DNA from: PVC group bacterium
GTDB lineage: Bacteria; Verrucomicrobiota; Kiritimatiellia; CAIKKV01; CAITUY01
NCBI GenBank assembly: GCA_945870225.1
Contig: CAMBRF010000003.1
Span: 49,074 to 113,073 of the forward strand
Length of the DNA stretch: 64,000 bases
Direction: 5' to 3'
The notes under the pieces were generated by a model, which had not been told where the DNA came from, searched no databases, and saw only the letters and a list, made by a program, of their open reading frames with translations. Position numbers and translations under genes: made by a program. Positions 9,885 through 19,337 of the stretch are shown here, in pieces. How positions within the stretch are numbered: position 1 is the stretch's first letter; each line of letters starts with the position of its first letter.

Positions 9885-9913
9885 TAAATATCAAACGCAT
9901 CCTGCACTGTCAA
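9885..9913 (-). promoter_or_regulatory. Putative sigma70 promoter for dksA and downstream genes
   Basis: TTGACA-N17-TATTTA. Confidence 0.55.
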
Positions 9914-9933
9914 CCCCGCTTCAAATCAAATCT

Positions 9934-12108
9934 TCAAGATCCCTTCGCCCAGTCCTTGATGGCAGCCGGCAATCCCGTAACCTCGATGATGCGGCAGGGC
10001 ACCTCGCCGGTTTCACCGGGGACCTGCACCTCTTCGGCGGCCAGACGTCCCATAAGCGCTTTCCCCATCCGGCTCCCGCAAGATATGATACCGAGCTCCG
10101 TATCCTGATCCCACTCCCCAAGAATATGAAACTGCTGGATCCGGCCGTCGGGAAACTGCAGGCGCACACTGGTCCCCATTCCGACCACATCCGTCTGGAA
10201 GGCCGAGAAATCCGTACCCTGGATATCCTTCAACCCCTGCTCGATCTCCTCGCGGCGGCGGAGCAGGATGCTCTGCTGTTCCTTCGCGGTCTTGTACTCG
10301 AAGTTCTCGCGCAAATCGCCATAGCTGCGGGCCACGCCGATGTCGCGGCTATTCTTGGGAATATCCTCGTTGACGAGCTTCTCAAGTTGCTGCTGGCGCC
10401 GTCTGACCATACGCCAGGACGTAAACCCGCCCGAGGCCGACGACTCTCCCTGATCGTCCTTTTTCTCAACCAGCAGGCTGGCCAGTTCCGGATAACGGAT
10501 AACGATCCGCCCGATCATGGTTTGGGCATCAGCCGGAATCCGGCCCATCACCGCACGCAGGCTCCGCACGAAACTGGAGCGCTGGATGTCGTTCATCGAG
10601 TCCACCGCCGCTTCGATCCAGACCTTCTGCTGGACCAGCTCAGCAAGCTGATTGGCGGCCTTGAGGCGCTCGAAGTTGTAGGTGTGTTCCAAGGCCGGGA
10701 TAATATGGAAGGCCAGATCGCCTAACGTTCCCAGCCCCCAGGCCGCCATCCGGTCCGGCCGCTTGGCCAGCCAGAAAAGAGTTTCCACACCGGCCTTGCG
10801 CATCCCGATCTGTTCCTTGAAGACCGACGCACAGGCGGCCTCCGCGCCCTCTTCCAGAAGAAAACTCACGGCCGGATTGAGCACATTCAGGGTCATCGCC
10901 GGAAGGGCGGCGGTCAGGGCCTCAACGGTCTTGGTCCGGTCCTGCTGCACGAGAAAACGCAGGAACTCTTCAAGGCGTCGCGACGAGATGGCGGCGGCGG
11001 CGGATAGAAGACTGGCGGGTGACAGAAACCGTGTGGCCTCGCCCGCCCAATTCACCTGTTCAGCCGGCACGTTCCACTTCCAGGCGGCCAGAATAACCTG
11101 AACGCGGATCCCCACGTCCTTATCGCCGAAGCCAAGCATCAGGAAGGCCAGACGCTCGCCCACGGCACGGCGGCACACCTCGTCAAGCTCCTGAGGCGTC
11201 AGGCTGTCCTCCAACTCCTCAAGTCTGGCAAAAACCCCTTCGGGCGTGCGCTCCGAGGTGAGGCCCGCAAACCACTGCGCGTCATACGTCATTTCCTTGT
11301 CCAAAAGGGTGATCGGCTCCGTACGCTTGGCGGGAATGACCACCAGAGGATCATCCTTCAGCGCCTTGCGGGCCGGATCCCAGAACGCCTTCCAATCCTC
11401 CGGCTTCACAATGCCATCCGAAAGGATGTCCTGCAGACGGGCCACCGGCAGAGGACCATAGCTGCGCAGGGCGATCTTGACCACCTCCGCCGGCTGGCTT
11501 CCAGCCAGGACGATCAGGGCGGCCGCATCCCGGTTCTTGCGCGCCAGCAGATGATCCTCGTCCACAAACTGGAGGGCTTCCGCGGCATAAGCGAACGACA
11601 TCTCGTGGGCGCGTTTCTTGTCGAAATCAATCGTCACGCGCTCATAGAAGGCGTCCACATTTTTCACGATCCCGACGCCCCATGTTTTATCCAGACACAG
11701 CACGCCCGCGGCCAGCCGCTGCAACACATCCAGACGCCGGAAGCATTCCGGAAGCGGAAGGCCCTTGGCGATTCCCATGTTGGCGGAGAATTTCTTGCGC
11801 AGGGGATCATTCCGGTAGAGCCAGACGATCTTCTTCTCGCAGTACGCCCGGAACCCCGCATCACCCACATGCCAGTCGGCCCGCATCCTCAAGACCCGCA
11901 CCACATCTTCCGTGCGCCCGCGTTCGGCGAGCGATTCTTCCATCAGCTCGGCCCAGCTGTCGGACTGTTCCTTCAGACCCGCCTGACGCAATTCACGCAA
12001 CGCCCCCAGCATGTCGTCAACCGGCATGGTCTCACTGGCCACACCGGCCAGAAACCATTCCTCGAACTGATCCTCGCCCATCGCGGCAATACGACGTGAT
12101 TTTTCCAT
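9934..12108 (-). CDS. greA: Long-form GreA/GreB elongation factor (large N-terminal extension, C-terminal Gre domain)
   Basis: C-terminal ARSYGDLRENFEYKTAK, ILGEWD, IS..S.MGKALMG; start set at ATG 12108 after GGGGG. Confidence 0.85.
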   Translation of the reverse strand: MEKSRRIAAMGEDQFEEWFLAGVASETMPVDDMLGALRELRQAGLKEQSDSWAELMEESLAERGRTEDVVRVLRMRADWHVGDAGFRAYCEKKIVWLYRNDPLRKKFSANMGIAKGLPLPECFRRLDVLQRLAAGVLCLDKTWGVGIVKNVDAFYERVTIDFDKKRAHEMSFAYAAEALQFVDEDHLLARKNRDAAALIVLAGSQPAEVVKIALRSYGPLPVARLQDILSDGIVKPEDWKAFWDPARKALKDDPLVVIPAKRTEPITLLDKEMTYDAQWFAGLTSERTPEGVFARLEELEDSLTPQELDEVCRRAVGERLAFLMLGFGDKDVGIRVQVILAAWKWNVPAEQVNWAGEATRFLSPASLLSAAAAISSRRLEEFLRFLVQQDRTKTVEALTAALPAMTLNVLNPAVSFLLEEGAEAACASVFKEQIGMRKAGVETLFWLAKRPDRMAAWGLGTLGDLAFHIIPALEHTYNFERLKAANQLAELVQQKVWIEAAVDSMNDIQRSSFVRSLRAVMGRIPADAQTMIGRIVIRYPELASLLVEKKDDQGESSASGGFTSWRMVRRRQQQLEKLVNEDIPKNSRDIGVARSYGDLRENFEYKTAKEQQSILLRRREEIEQGLKDIQGTDFSAFQTDVVGMGTSVRLQFPDGRIQQFHILGEWDQDTELGIISCGSRMGKALMGRLAAEEVQVPGETGEVPCRIIEVTGLPAAIKDWAKGS

Positions 12109-12279
12109 GGTGATGCCCCCAAAAAGGGGAGTTCTTTTATCACAGCCCATCGGGTCGTACAAGGACCAATGCGCCAAAATATTGCGAAAAAGAGAAGACT
12201 CCCCCTGTCCGGTTCGCAATCCGCCAAAGACTGGCGTAATCCGCTGGAAGTTTTCGGGCCGCCGCGCATAATACCCCCC

Positions 12280-13113
12280 ATGCAGATGAGACAGATCAAA
12301 GTGCGAAACGAGCAGGCGGGTTCCGCTCTTCAGGACTTTCTATCCCAGTTTCTGGGATTGTCGCGCAATAAGGCCAAGGCCCTTCTCGATTCGAGACAGG
12401 TCTTTGTTAACGGCAAAAGAATCTGGATGACGCGTCACAGCCTGCGCCCGGGGGATACGGTGGAGGTTCCCGTCCCGTCGGGTGCCACCCCGCCCCCCAC
12501 CCCGGTTCCTGTGCTCTTCACCAATGGGAACTATGTGGTGGCGGGTAAACCCGCCGGCCGTCTCTCCAACGGTCCCGCCAGCCTGGAAACCGACTTGCGC
12601 CGGGAACTCGGAATCGACACGCTCCTGGCGGTCCATCGCCTCGACCGGGACACCTCCGGGTGTCTCCTGCTGGCCAAAGGACAAGAGGCCTTCGATCGTG
12701 CCGTGGAATTGTTCAAACAACACCGTATCTTGAAGCTTTATCAAGTCATTGTCGCCGGACGCCTGCGCAGCCCTGAGCTGACCATCGATAAGCCGCTGGA
12801 AAATGAGCCCGCCGTCACCCATCTGCAAGTCCTCGACAGCACGCCGCTGGCAAGTCACGTCAAGGCGAGGATCGAAACCGGGCGCACCCATCAGATCAGA
12901 AAGCACCTGGACAGCATCGGACACCCGGTCCTGGGTGATAAAACCTACGGAACGCGCCAGGCGCTCCCCCCTGAATTACGCCAGATCGAGCGGCAGATGC
13001 TGCACGCTGCCACCCTGCAGTTTGAATCGCCCTATGACGGGGAGAGGATTCGCGTGACAGCCCCCCTGCCCGGGGATTTCGCCGCCTGCCTGAGGAAACT
13101 GGGGCTGAAATGA
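12280..13113 (+). CDS. RluA/RluD-family pseudouridine synthase with S4 domain
   Basis: VHRLDRDTSG, ETGRTHQIRKH, GHPVLGD, QMLHA. Confidence 0.93.
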   Translation: MQMRQIKVRNEQAGSALQDFLSQFLGLSRNKAKALLDSRQVFVNGKRIWMTRHSLRPGDTVEVPVPSGATPPPTPVPVLFTNGNYVVAGKPAGRLSNGPASLETDLRRELGIDTLLAVHRLDRDTSGCLLLAKGQEAFDRAVELFKQHRILKLYQVIVAGRLRSPELTIDKPLENEPAVTHLQVLDSTPLASHVKARIETGRTHQIRKHLDSIGHPVLGDKTYGTRQALPPELRQIERQMLHAATLQFESPYDGERIRVTAPLPGDFAACLRKLGLK

Positions 13114-13131
13114 AGAAGGAACGGGACCTGA

Positions 13132-13362
13132 TCAGGTCTTGTGCCGGTAGGTGATCCGCCCCTTGGTGAGATCGTAGGGCGAGATTTCCACGGTAACCTT
13201 GTCGCCGGAGGTGATCCTGATGAAATGCTTACGCATTTTACCCGAGATATGCGCCAGAAGTTCATGACCATTGTCGAGTTTGACGCGATACATGGTTGCC
13301 GGCAACACCTTTACCACCGTGCCGTCAATACGAATCACATCATCTTTAATTTCTTCCGGCAT
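13132..13362 (-). CDS. infA: Translation initiation factor IF-1
   Basis: [36 protein letters not shown]. Confidence 0.98.
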   Translation of the reverse strand: MPEEIKDDVIRIDGTVVKVLPATMYRVKLDNGHELLAHISGKMRKHFIRITSGDKVTVEISPYDLTKGRITYRHKT

Positions 13363-13532
13363 AGTCTTTATTGAACTCCTCTGAATGAATCAGTTATGTC
13401 AAATATCATACTCGGCCCAGCCCTGTCAATGTCACCCTATGCACAATTCTGGTTGATGGTAACAGGCGGTGATGGTATGTGTTACCGCTCGTTTTCCGGC
13501 TCACGGAGAAGCTGGTTAGCAGGAGCAAGCCT

Positions 13533-16500
13533 GTGTATTTAAAATCAATTCAAATGGTCGGGTTCAAGAGTTTCGCCAATTCGACCACAATGGCATTTGA
13601 ACCCGGCATGACCGCCATCGTCGGACCGAACGGTTGCGGGAAAAGCAATGTTTCCGATGCCGTGCGCTGGGTGCTGGGGGAAACCAGCGCCAAGGCGCTG
13701 CGCGGTTCCAAGATGGAAGACTGCATTTTCAACGGAACCGACACCCGTAAACCCGTCGGCATGGCCGAGGTCAGCATCACCTTCGCGGACTGCGAGAAAA
13801 CCCTGGGGACGGACTATCACGAGGTCACCGTGACCCGCCGCGTCTTCCGTTCGGGCGAAGGCCAGTACTTCATGAACAAAACGGCCTGCCGCCTGAAGGA
13901 CATCCAGCGGCTTTTCATGGATACCGGCATCGGCACGTCCTCCTACTCCCTGATGGAACAGGGCCGCATCGACCAGGTGTTGAGTTCCCGACCCGAGGAT
14001 CGCCGCGAGATTTTCGAAGAAGCGAGCGGCATCACGCGCTTCAAGGCCGACAAGAAGGAAGCCCTCCGCAAACTCGACCAGACCGAGGCCAACCTCCTGC
14101 GCCTGGATGACGTTGTACGCGAGGTCAAGCGGCAGATCGGCTCCCTGCAGCGTCAGGCCGGAAAAGCCCGCCGGTACAAGGAACTCCGCGACCAGTTGCG
14201 CTCGTTCGACACCTTCTGGACGGCCCGCAAACTGCAACAGATGGACATCGATCTCCAGCAGGTCGAAACCCGGGTGACCGAATATGGAACCCGTCTCCAG
14301 TCGCTGCATGAGGAGGTCCAGAAGAGTGAGTCCCGCAGTGCTGAATGGCGGAATACGGTCAGCGAACTCGAAACGCAGATCGGCGAAACCACCGAAGAGC
14401 GTGCCGCCGCCCAAACGCGTCTGGAGCATAACCACGAGTTGATTCGCATCAACGGCGAGCGTATCCAGGAGTTGCAGAATCTGACCGAACGCGACCAGCA
14501 GGACAGCGGCCTGGCCACCGCCCAGGCCGAGCAGCAGCGCCGGGCCCTTGAAGAACTCACCGCGGGGCTCACCCAGGCCGAATCCGCCCGGGATCAGCTG
14601 GCCAGGGAATCCCAGGACCGGAGTGAAGCCCTTGCCGCCCATGAGGCCGAGGTTGAGAGCAGCCGCCGTCAGATCCAGGAGTTGCGCACCACCTCGATGC
14701 AGCTCGACCACTCCATCGCCCAGCTTCAGAATCAACTGACCCAGCTTGAAGCCCGCCAACAGGCCACCATCATGCGGCGTGAGCGGCTCGCCGCTGAACA
14801 CGCCCAGATTGCCCGGGTGGCCAATGAAAACGAAATTCAGCTCGGCGGCATTGCCGAACATCTCGGCTCCCTCCAGCAGGAACTGGGGCGGCGCGAGGCC
14901 CGCCTGGAAGAATTACAGGACGCCCGCCAGCAGCGGCAAACCGAGATTGAAGCACTCCGGAAAGCCTGCGGGGAGATTCAATCCCTTCTGGCGGTCAAGA
15001 AGGCCCAAATTGAGATCCTCGAGGCGGACGATAGTTCGGCCAAGGATTTCCCGGAAGGCGCCCGGCTGATTCTGGATGGCGCCAATCCGCTCGGTCTGAA
15101 CACCCAGGCGGTTCTGGGTGCACTGGCCAATCACATCCAGATCGAGCCGGCTTATCGTACGGCGCTGGAGGCGGTCCTGCGCGCCTGGCTCGATGCGGTG
15201 GTGATCACCGACGCCCCGGGAGCACTGGCCATCCTGAAGGAACTCCAGTCACGCAAGGCCGGGTCGGCCCGGCTGGTCACCGACACCGGCACCCCCATTC
15301 CCGAATGCATTCCCGCCCCTGCCGGGGCCAGGCGTCTCCATGATCTGGCCACCTGTACGCCGTTCGCCAAAACCACCATCGCCCGCTTGCTGGCCAACAT
15401 CTTCGTCGTGGAAACGCTGGAGCAGATCCCCTCCCCGATGCCGGACGGAACGGTCTTTGTCACACTCTCCGGGGTTGTGGCCCGCGCCACCGGCGCCTTT
15501 GAATACTGGACTGCCGATGCCCGCGCCAGTAATCCCCTGACACGCCGGCACCAGTTGGCCGATCTTCACGAGGGGTTGGAAGCGCAGGAGGTCAGTCTTG
15601 CCTCACAGTCCCAATCCGTGGGCCGCCTCACCGAGGAACTCGCCGAACTAGGCCGGGCGGTTCAGGAAGCCACCACCCTCCTCACGGAACAACGCCGGGC
15701 GGTAGCCTTGAAGGAAGGCGAATTCCAGATCGTGTCCAACGAAGCCCGCCAGGCCAAGGGCCGGCTGGAGGTCGTCAGCGCCGAGATCGAGGAACTCCGG
15801 AAACAGGATGGAGGCGATGAGGAGCGACAGGGGTTTGCCCGACGGATCGCCGAATCACGGACCCAACAGGCCGCGGCCCATGACCGTCTGGAAACCCTGA
15901 CCCACACGCTTCAGGAAATGGAAAGCCGCCGCGGATCCCTGCAGGCGGAGGCGACCGAATCGCGCGTGAAATACTCCGAGGCCCGCCAGAAACTCGAACA
16001 TATGGCGTCCCAATTGGACCCCATACGCCGACGGATGGAGGAGTTGACGAACGTCATTAAGTCCCGCTCGGAGGGCCTCACACAATACGCCCGAACGATC
16101 GAGCAGCTCACACTGGCCACCGCCGGTGCTGAAAGCCAGCTTTCGACGCTGCAGGCCAGCGTGGCGGCCCTTACCGAGAAACTTGATCTACTACGGCGGG
16201 ACCGGACAGAAAAAGGCCGTGAATTAACGGCTTTTGAAACCGAAATGGCCGCCAAACGCGGGGCAATGGAGGAGATCCGCGACCAGAAATCATCGCTCGA
16301 GATCAAAAACGCTGAAGGTCGGATGCGACGCCAGAACCTGATCGACCGCTCCACCTCGGAATGGGGCCTGAACCTGGAGGGCCTCATGCAGTCCCCGGCT
16401 CCCGTCTGGGAAGGCGACGTTCCGCCGGGCGGAGAACCGCCTTACGAGGCGACCATCAATGAATTGCGCACCAAGATCGAGGCCATGGGCCCGGTCAATC

Positions 16501-17138
16501 TGGTGGCCATCGAGGAATATCAGGAACACGAGGAACGTTATGCCTTCCTCACGGGCCAGCAGCAGGATCTGGTTGCCGCCAAGACCCAACTGGTCGAGAT
16601 GATCAAGAAAATCAACGGCACCACTGCCGAGTTGTTCGCGGCCACCTTTGCGCGCATTAACGAGAATTTCCAGATCATGTTCGAGCGCCTTTTCAACGGT
16701 GGCTCGGCGAAACTGGTGATGGTCACCGAGGACGACGTCCTGGAGAGCGGCATCGATATCATCGCCCGTCCGCCCGGCAAGCGCCTGCAAAGCGTCTCGC
16801 TGATGTCGGGTGGCGAGCGCACCATGACCGCCGTGGCCCTGTTGTTCGCCATCTACATGATCAAGCCGAGCCCGTTCTGCCTGCTGGACGAACTGGATGC
16901 CGCGCTCGACGAGTCGAACATCGGGCGGTTCGTGAAAGTGCTGGCGGATTTCCTCGCCCAGTCGCAGTTCATTGTCATCACCCACAATCGGCGCACCATC
17001 GCCGCCGCCAACGTGATCTACGGCGTCACCATGCAGGAAACCGGCATCTCCCGGGTCGTCTCGATGAAGTTCGCCGAATATGAGCAGAACAAGGCGTTTC
17101 AGCAAGGCACCAGCAAGATCGCGATCCCGGTCAAGTAA
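13533..17138 (+). CDS. smc: Chromosome segregation protein SMC
   Basis: GFKSF, Walker A GPNGCGKSN, coiled coils and hinge, MSGGE signature, LLDELDAALD; GTG after AGGAG. Confidence 0.97.
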   Translation: MYLKSIQMVGFKSFANSTTMAFEPGMTAIVGPNGCGKSNVSDAVRWVLGETSAKALRGSKMEDCIFNGTDTRKPVGMAEVSITFADCEKTLGTDYHEVTVTRRVFRSGEGQYFMNKTACRLKDIQRLFMDTGIGTSSYSLMEQGRIDQVLSSRPEDRREIFEEASGITRFKADKKEALRKLDQTEANLLRLDDVVREVKRQIGSLQRQAGKARRYKELRDQLRSFDTFWTARKLQQMDIDLQQVETRVTEYGTRLQSLHEEVQKSESRSAEWRNTVSELETQIGETTEERAAAQTRLEHNHELIRINGERIQELQNLTERDQQDSGLATAQAEQQRRALEELTAGLTQAESARDQLARESQDRSEALAAHEAEVESSRRQIQELRTTSMQLDHSIAQLQNQLTQLEARQQATIMRRERLAAEHAQIARVANENEIQLGGIAEHLGSLQQELGRREARLEELQDARQQRQTEIEALRKACGEIQSLLAVKKAQIEILEADDSSAKDFPEGARLILDGANPLGLNTQAVLGALANHIQIEPAYRTALEAVLRAWLDAVVITDAPGALAILKELQSRKAGSARLVTDTGTPIPECIPAPAGARRLHDLATCTPFAKTTIARLLANIFVVETLEQIPSPMPDGTVFVTLSGVVARATGAFEYWTADARASNPLTRRHQLADLHEGLEAQEVSLASQSQSVGRLTEELAELGRAVQEATTLLTEQRRAVALKEGEFQIVSNEARQAKGRLEVVSAEIEELRKQDGGDEERQGFARRIAESRTQQAAAHDRLETLTHTLQEMESRRGSLQAEATESRVKYSEARQKLEHMASQLDPIRRRMEELTNVIKSRSEGLTQYARTIEQLTLATAGAESQLSTLQASVAALTEKLDLLRRDRTEKGRELTAFETEMAAKRGAMEEIRDQKSSLEIKNAEGRMRRQNLIDRSTSEWGLNLEGLMQSPAPVWEGDVPPGGEPPYEATINELRTKIEAMGPVNLVAIEEYQEHEERYAFLTGQQQDLVAAKTQLVEMIKKINGTTAELFAATFARINENFQIMFERLFNGGSAKLVMVTEDDVLESGIDIIARPPGKRLQSVSLMSGGERTMTAVALLFAIYMIKPSPFCLLDELDAALDESNIGRFVKVLADFLAQSQFIVITHNRRTIAAANVIYGVTMQETGISRVVSMKFAEYEQNKAFQQGTSKIAIPVK

Positions 17139-17148
17139 GGTGAACGCC

Positions 17149-17976
17149 ATGCCCAACGATTCCGCATCACCGGTCCTGTCACCCGCCCGTCTTCTCGAGG
17201 TGGCGGTCGCTGCGGCGCGAACCGCCGGCACCCATGCCTTGACGCATCTGGCCCGGCGGATGGATGTCGCCCAGGGGTTTGCCCATGACGTCAAACTGAA
17301 GCTGGATATGGAGTGTCAGGCCATCGCGGAACAGACCATCCTGGCCCAGTTCCCCGACCACACCCTCCTCGGTGAGGAAACCGCCGACAACGGGGAGCCC
17401 GCGGCCCCCTCCTCGCCCTATCTCTGGATCATCGACCCGATCGACGGCACGGTGAATTTTTCACACGGCCTGCCGTTCTGGTGTTGTTCCGTGGCGGTGC
17501 GCCACCACGGCACAACCCTGGCCGGAGCGGTCTTTGCCCCGGCCCTCGGGGAACTCTACACGGCCGCCGCCGGTCAGCCGGCGGAATGCAATGGACGGCC
17601 ACTCCACGTTTCATCGGTACCGATCCTCAGCCAGGCCCTCGTCATGACCGGCCTGGACCAGAAGGCCCAGCCCAAAATGGAACGCCTGGAACTCTTTCGC
17701 GCCATCGCCGAGGCGACCCAGAAAACGAGGGTGATGGGCGTCGCGGCACTGGATATGTGCCGGGTGGCCGCCGGTCAGGCGGACGGTTATTTTGAGGCGG
17801 CGATCTACACCTGGGACATTGCCGCGGCCGCCCTCATCGTCGAAAATGCCGGAGGCCGGGCAGAAGCCCTGGGCAATCCAGCGCCTCATCGCCTCCTCTT
17901 TCTGGCCACCAACGGCCATGTTCATGGCGAGCTGAAGAGCCTGATCCTCAGGCACCTCGCGGCGGAAAGAATGTAG
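17149..17976 (+). CDS. Inositol monophosphatase family protein (SuhB-like)
   Basis: LGEE, WIIDPIDGTVNF, WDIAAA. Confidence 0.92.
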   Translation: MPNDSASPVLSPARLLEVAVAAARTAGTHALTHLARRMDVAQGFAHDVKLKLDMECQAIAEQTILAQFPDHTLLGEETADNGEPAAPSSPYLWIIDPIDGTVNFSHGLPFWCCSVAVRHHGTTLAGAVFAPALGELYTAAAGQPAECNGRPLHVSSVPILSQALVMTGLDQKAQPKMERLELFRAIAEATQKTRVMGVAALDMCRVAAGQADGYFEAAIYTWDIAAAALIVENAGGRAEALGNPAPHRLLFLATNGHVHGELKSLILRHLAAERM

Positions 17977-18061
17977 CGGGGAATTTGTATTCGACTTTTG
18001 AAGGGCGATTGACGATAGTAACGCGCTTTTTCGGGAAGCACTCGCTGACGACGGAGGCGGC

Positions 18062-18133
18062 ATGAAGCCCCCCTTCAGGAGAGAAGTCAACCGCTTCGAA
18101 ACGGAGGAATCATCCGATGAAAATAGATCTTAA
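18062..18133 (+). CDS. Candidate 23-aa leader peptide overlapping the argJ start
   Basis: GGAGG(18053-57)-N4-ATG; MKPPFRREVNRFETEESSDENRS*; Arg codons AGG AGA, CGC, AGA. Confidence 0.35.
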   Translation: MKPPFRREVNRFETEESSDENRS

Positions 18134-19337
18134 AGTGCTTGAAGGCGGCATCACGGCACCCAAGGGATACCGAGCGGCCTCGGTCCGGGCCGGCATCAAG
18201 GAAAGCCGAAAACGCGACGATCTGACGCTGATCACCTCCGACACCCCGGCCACCGTGGCCGGAACTTTCACCAGCAACCGCGTCAAGGCCGCCTGCGTGC
18301 GTCTCTGCGAGCGGCACCTGATCTGGGGCCAGGCTCAGGCCATTTTGATCAACGCCGGGAACGCCAATGCCTGCACAGGTGATCAGGGGATCGCCGATGC
18401 CGAACGCATGGCGGAGCTCACAGCGGAACTTATGGGCCTCGGCAAGAACAGTATCTTCGTCTGTTCCACCGGGACTATCGGCATTCCCCTCCCCATGGGC
18501 AAGATCGAGGCCGCCCTGCCCGAGCTCGTCAAAAAGGTCGCCCCGGACGGCGGTGCCCAGGCGGCCGAAGCCATCCTGACCACCGATCTCGTCAAAAAGG
18601 AAATCGCCATCACGCTGACCATTGGAGGCTGCCCTGTCACCATCGGCGGCATTGCCAAGGGTTCGGGCATGATCGCCCCTAACATGGCCACCATGCTGGC
18701 GTTCATGACCACGGATGCCAGCGTGGACCAGCGTTCGCTTCAGGATTGCCTTTCCCATGCCGTTGAGCACAGTTTCAATCATATCGTCGTGGATGGCGAC
18801 GAGAGCACCAATGACACGGTTCTCATGCTGGCCAATAGCGCCGCCGGAAACCCATCCCTGAACAAAAATAACCCTGACTGGCGGAAATTCTGCCATGCCG
18901 TCGAGTATGTGGCCCATGCTCTGGCGATCATGATCGTCAAGGATGGCGAAGGCGCGACCAAGTTTGTCACGGTTACCGTCTCCGGCGCCGCGTCCCGCCA
19001 GGCGGCCCGGGCTGCCGCGCGGGCGATTGCCAAGTCCCCCCTGGTCAAAACGTCCTGGAATGGCGGCGACCCGAACTGGGGCCGCATCCTGTGCGCGATC
19101 GGCTACTCGGGGGCCCGCATCGAGCAAAACCGCGTGGACGTCACCTTTGACAAAGTCCTCGCCGTCCAGAACGGTCAGGCGGCCACCGGGGCTGTGCTAA
19201 AGGAACTGGAGCAGGTCTACGCGAAAAAAGAATTCAAAATCAACGTCAACCTGAATTCCGGCAAGGCGGAGTATACGGTCTACACGTGTGACCTCAGCAA
19301 GGAATACGTGGCCATCAATGCGGAGTACATGACCTGA
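18117..19337 (+). CDS. argJ: Bifunctional ornithine acetyltransferase / N-acetylglutamate synthase
   Basis: NAGNANACTG, STGTIG, AKGSGMIAPNMATML, DGDESTND, DGEGATK, DPNWGRI. Confidence 0.97.
   Translation: MKIDLKVLEGGITAPKGYRAASVRAGIKESRKRDDLTLITSDTPATVAGTFTSNRVKAACVRLCERHLIWGQAQAILINAGNANACTGDQGIADAERMAELTAELMGLGKNSIFVCSTGTIGIPLPMGKIEAALPELVKKVAPDGGAQAAEAILTTDLVKKEIAITLTIGGCPVTIGGIAKGSGMIAPNMATMLAFMTTDASVDQRSLQDCLSHAVEHSFNHIVVDGDESTNDTVLMLANSAAGNPSLNKNNPDWRKFCHAVEYVAHALAIMIVKDGEGATKFVTVTVSGAASRQAARAAARAIAKSPLVKTSWNGGDPNWGRILCAIGYSGARIEQNRVDVTFDKVLAVQNGQAATGAVLKELEQVYAKKEFKINVNLNSGKAEYTVYTCDLSKEYVAINAEYMT

Noticed and set aside
9334-10725. 463-aa plus-strand ORF opposite dksA/greA (likewise 13545-14861, 16290-17294, 18087-19127, 53644-54603, 57770-59398, 60173-61246)
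   Set aside because: All lie antisense to well-supported genes and are expected from GC-rich codon bias.
18040-18090. Partial resemblance of the argJ leader to glmS, ZTP (pfl), glnA or T-box RNAs
   Set aside because: Only short word matches such as TGACGA; the other diagnostic motifs are missing.
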